Part shown: positions 60,950-64,000 of the stretch, piece after piece
How positions within the stretch are numbered: the first letter of the stretch is position 1
Layout of the letters: every line of letters begins with the position of its first letter
Source: Pelomyxa schiedti
Lineage: Eukaryota > Protista > Evosea
DNA length: 64,000 nt
NCBI GenBank assembly: GCA_020536535.1
Contig: JAHLWZ010000511.1
Coordinates: 1 to 64,000, forward strand
Reading direction: 5' to 3'
Position numbers and translations under genes: made by a program
The notes under the pieces: generated by a model
The model's database searches: none
Told to the model about the DNA's origin: nothing
Seen by the model: only the letters and a program-made list of their open reading frames with translations

Positions 60950-61690
60950 GGTTGTATGCGATGGGTGTGGCACATGGTACACGCTGGCACAATGCCAAAA
61001 AATTTATGGAGCATCGCTAAGCTCGTTGGAAAGCCGCCCACGTTCACGCTGTACTTCACCAGATGCACTTTCCTACGCGCGCTACTTCAACGATAACTCT
61101 CTGCCTTGCAAGTGTGGAGCGGAAAGGAGCTGGAGAGTGTTCCCCAAGGAAACTGAAGGAAACTGAATTGCCATCATAACTTTTGGCCATCAAACTATTT
61201 GCATCTGAACATGATCCGCCTTTTTTGTTTGTCCTCCACAACAATCACACGACGGCCCGGTACTTGTGCTTGGTTGTTGTCTCGTGGATGAGGTAGTAGC
61301 TGGTTTTTGTGGCATGGTTGTTGTTGTTCCACACGTCGTTGCTGTTGTTGGACTGTGATGAAAGGCCTGGTTTGTTCAGAACGTTGTACTTGTGCGTGGC
61401 GCCGCCCCAAGTTGTGTCTGCACAGGACACAATTGATGCGTATTCGTGAGAAGGCGGTAATGGGTTTTCGATTAAGAAGGCCGCTGTGGCGTTGTAGCGC
61501 TCGTTGGCTCTGGTGTCATCATAATCTCCCACGCCACAAGGCTGGGGCCTCCAGTGTAGAGTCGAGGTTAAAGACAGAGTGGTTGGTTGGTATAAAAGGG
61601 GTTGGGTCTGGTCTCGTCTCATCAGCAGATGGTTGATTTCTTTGTACCTCCTTCCTTAGCCCGATTTAGTTCCTTCCGCTACAGCCGCCA
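60950..61690 (-). pseudogene. Degraded hypothetical gene
   Basis: ORFs 61245-61622 and 61056-61244 are in the same frame separated by a TGA. The reading frame continues past further stops. Confidence 0.5.
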
Positions 61691-61891
61691 TATTAATCGT
61701 TTATTTCTCCACAAATCTACATCCCACTGGCATGCAGTTAAAGGCAAGGGATGCTAGTAGCATTTTTCTGCGGTAGTGGTAAAGTCCAGAGCCTGGGTAC
61801 CCACGGCTCCAAGCCGATCCCTTTCTGAAGACTGTTGTTCCACCACAGGGAAAGGTCTAGAAATGTTGGACTTTTATAGACCTCTTTTTGA

Positions 61892-63725
61892 TCAATAGAG
61901 AGTGAGAAAGAGGACGACAATGAAGCTCGCGAGGAGAGCCAGGCTCTCTGAGGGTATTGGAGCCAGATCCAGGCTCTCTTCTGGCAAGCTCTCTGATGGC
62001 AGGCTCTCTGATGGCATTGGAGCCAGATCCGCGGATATGGTGCACTTATTGTTAACGATGGTCACATTGATGAGACCTCCATCAATGTCCGAGTGCGTAG
62101 CAATGGAGCAATTTGTTGATGGGGCCATGTCGACTATGGGACAGTCCTGAAGCAGTGCAAATTTTGCCCACACCCCAACAGTAGTCAGAGCTACATCGCA
62201 TGAATACTGGTTCCCAACCCTGGCAAGAAATTAAGGACATGCAGCATAAAAAAAAAAGTGGAAGTACTGACTTTTTGGCAGCAACAATGTTATGGCTATC
62301 AATTGATAGATTGGAAGAATTATAGAAATCAAAGAGGCATGTGGGCATCCAAGGGAAATTACAAGGAGCTGTTGCATTTAGCCTGGCAGCTTGATCACTC
62401 AGGCTTTGTATTTTCGGGTCGACGTTTGGGTAAACGGTGAGCCTACAGCACTCTGTGCCACAGTTGCTTATCGAGGCAGCATAGAAACCCCTCTTTCCCA
62501 TTGGCCGTGGGTAGTACACGTCAAATAAAAATTCCTGAGAATCTGTGGCAGTTACCTGGTTGAAAGTTGAGAAGAGAATAAAAAGGAGAAAAAGGAAAAA
62601 GGATGGAGATTGGTGCAGGCCGTACATTTAGAGTAACAGAAGCGTGGCACCCAGAAGTACAAGAGTTTGGCTTAATTATGCCACTTACAGGACATGTGGC
62701 CGTGTGTAACCACTGGTGTGCAATTGCGACTGTGGTTCCACCTGCCATCAATGGAGCGATTTTGCATTGGACACCCTGCAGGGCCACAGCGGTGACCGAC
62801 GTTGCCACCAGCCCAAACTGGATTGGAATGCTGTTAAGCGGGAATACAACTGGCTGCACTGCCTGAAGGTGGGTTCCCCTTAAGCATCCGTCGTTATCGA
62901 GACCAGTGTGGGCTATGACACTCTCCAATGCGGCACATATATCATTGGTTATCGTGAGAGGCTCCCCGTTTCGGTCATATGCTGGACTTAAACCACTGCT
63001 GAGGTCTTTGCATGATGCTCTCAGTGCATTTGCATATCTTAGATATTTCCCCATGTATTAAAAAAAAAAAAAAAACCCGTTAAAAGGGGAAGCAGTAAGT
63101 GCGTACATTGAGAAAGTGGTGTCACCACCGTCAGTTTTATCTTTTGCATGGAAAAAGATATTAAAAGCGGCATCCAAGTGAGATTCAAGAGGGAGACCAC
63201 GTTCTCCATCAGCGAGCATTGCGTAAGTGTGACTCACAACAGCAGATGCTATGGTTTGCAAATGCCCGAAAAATGTGTGATAAAAAAAAAAAAACCCCAG
63301 AAACATGCATGCGCACATGTATAGCGAGCTCCAATGCCGTCTAGGGGAGGATAGGGAGGATCCATCTGGCACATCCCACAATCACAGAACATTGTTTCTG
63401 AGATTTGGTCATTTGGCTTGGTAACAAAGAACGGTAAAGCTGCTGGTTGTTGAACAAAGTACGTGCAGGAAGGCAACCAAGCGTCACGGAACAAATTAGG
63501 GCTTTGGTCACTTGGAGTAGGGTAACTGTCAGACCAGTTGGCAATGAAGCTTCTCCCATATAGCCACCGCCCTGTGGGCATTGTCGTTTGGTTTAAACAC
63601 GCAGTTCGTTTCTCAGCAGACACTTTGGCATCGGTTACGATATCAGCAGTAAGTGCAAATATATCTGACCATGCTTCATCAAGTGATCCTGGTTCGTAAT
63701 CCATTGCCTTTCTTTGCTGTTGGTT

Positions 63726-63765
<40 letters not shown>

Positions 63766-63977
63766 NNNNNNNNNNNNNNNNNNNNNNNNNNNNNNNNNNN
63801 NNNNNNNNNNNNNNNNNNNNNNNNNNNNNNNNNNNNNNNNNNNNNNNNNNNNNNNNNNNNNNNNNGCTGGTTTTCAAATGCAAGAACGCGAAAAAGAAAA
63901 ACAGAGAAGACACACAGTTCCAGCTTGGTCCACAGAAAAAAAAAAAGGAAACAAAGCATGCCTGAGTTAACAGGCAC
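61892..63977 (-). CDS. Multi-exon Cys-containing putative cell-surface protein with a C-terminal hydrophobic (TM/GPI-like) tail; 5' end crosses a gap
   Basis: Exon chain from MDYEPGSL... to ...PSESLPSESLPEESL...LASFIVVLFLTLY*. A hydrophobic stretch lies upstream of the gap. Confidence 0.6.
63766..63865. other. Assembly gap (100 N)
   Basis: Run of N. Confidence 1.
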
Positions 63978-64000
63978 CGTATATAAGCACCACCACTGCC

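Noticed and set aside
60950-61622. In-frame TGA/TAG codons suggesting stop reassignment or selenocysteine
   Set aside because: The stop types are mixed, and intact genes in this window end with TAA, TAG and TGA. Pseudogene decay is the simpler explanation.
62082-62230. Apparent frameshift in the surface-protein gene
   Set aside because: A phase-2 intron gives a continuous reading (VAAKK-VGNQYSCDVALTTVGVWAKF), so no recoding is needed.

Overview
This is eukaryotic, intron-rich protist DNA with short GT-AG introns (mostly about 45-105 nt) and three 100-N scaffold gaps. The lineage-specific gene families suggest an archamoeba such as Pelomyxa; that assignment is an inference. Housekeeping genes are a C1-domain DOCK GEF, RPS28 and a CPYC glutaredoxin. 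Mobile DNA includes a young two-gene Tc1/DD34E transposon with 238-bp TIRs, a decayed Harbinger-type nuclease and a foldback element; 43.7-57.7 kb is a rearranged segmental duplication. The main interest is a set of three different caspase-fold (C14) peptidases plus a compact 28.6-42.7 kb cluster that resembles a defence or cell-death module. The cluster holds a LamG gene and an intronless HAE/PCxxC deaminase set head-to-head with a giant beta-rich/coiled-coil/MORN/vWA gene that may splice into a PINK1-like kinase. It ends in a convergent pair: a ubiquitin-like protein and an animal-type QACRG caspase with the complete Asp-specific S1 pocket, both ending in apparently the same Cys-rich domain. 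A paracaspase-like peptidase fused to a calcineurin-like metallophosphoesterase lies at 3.2-6.0 kb. All gene models were spliced by eye and no database searches were run.
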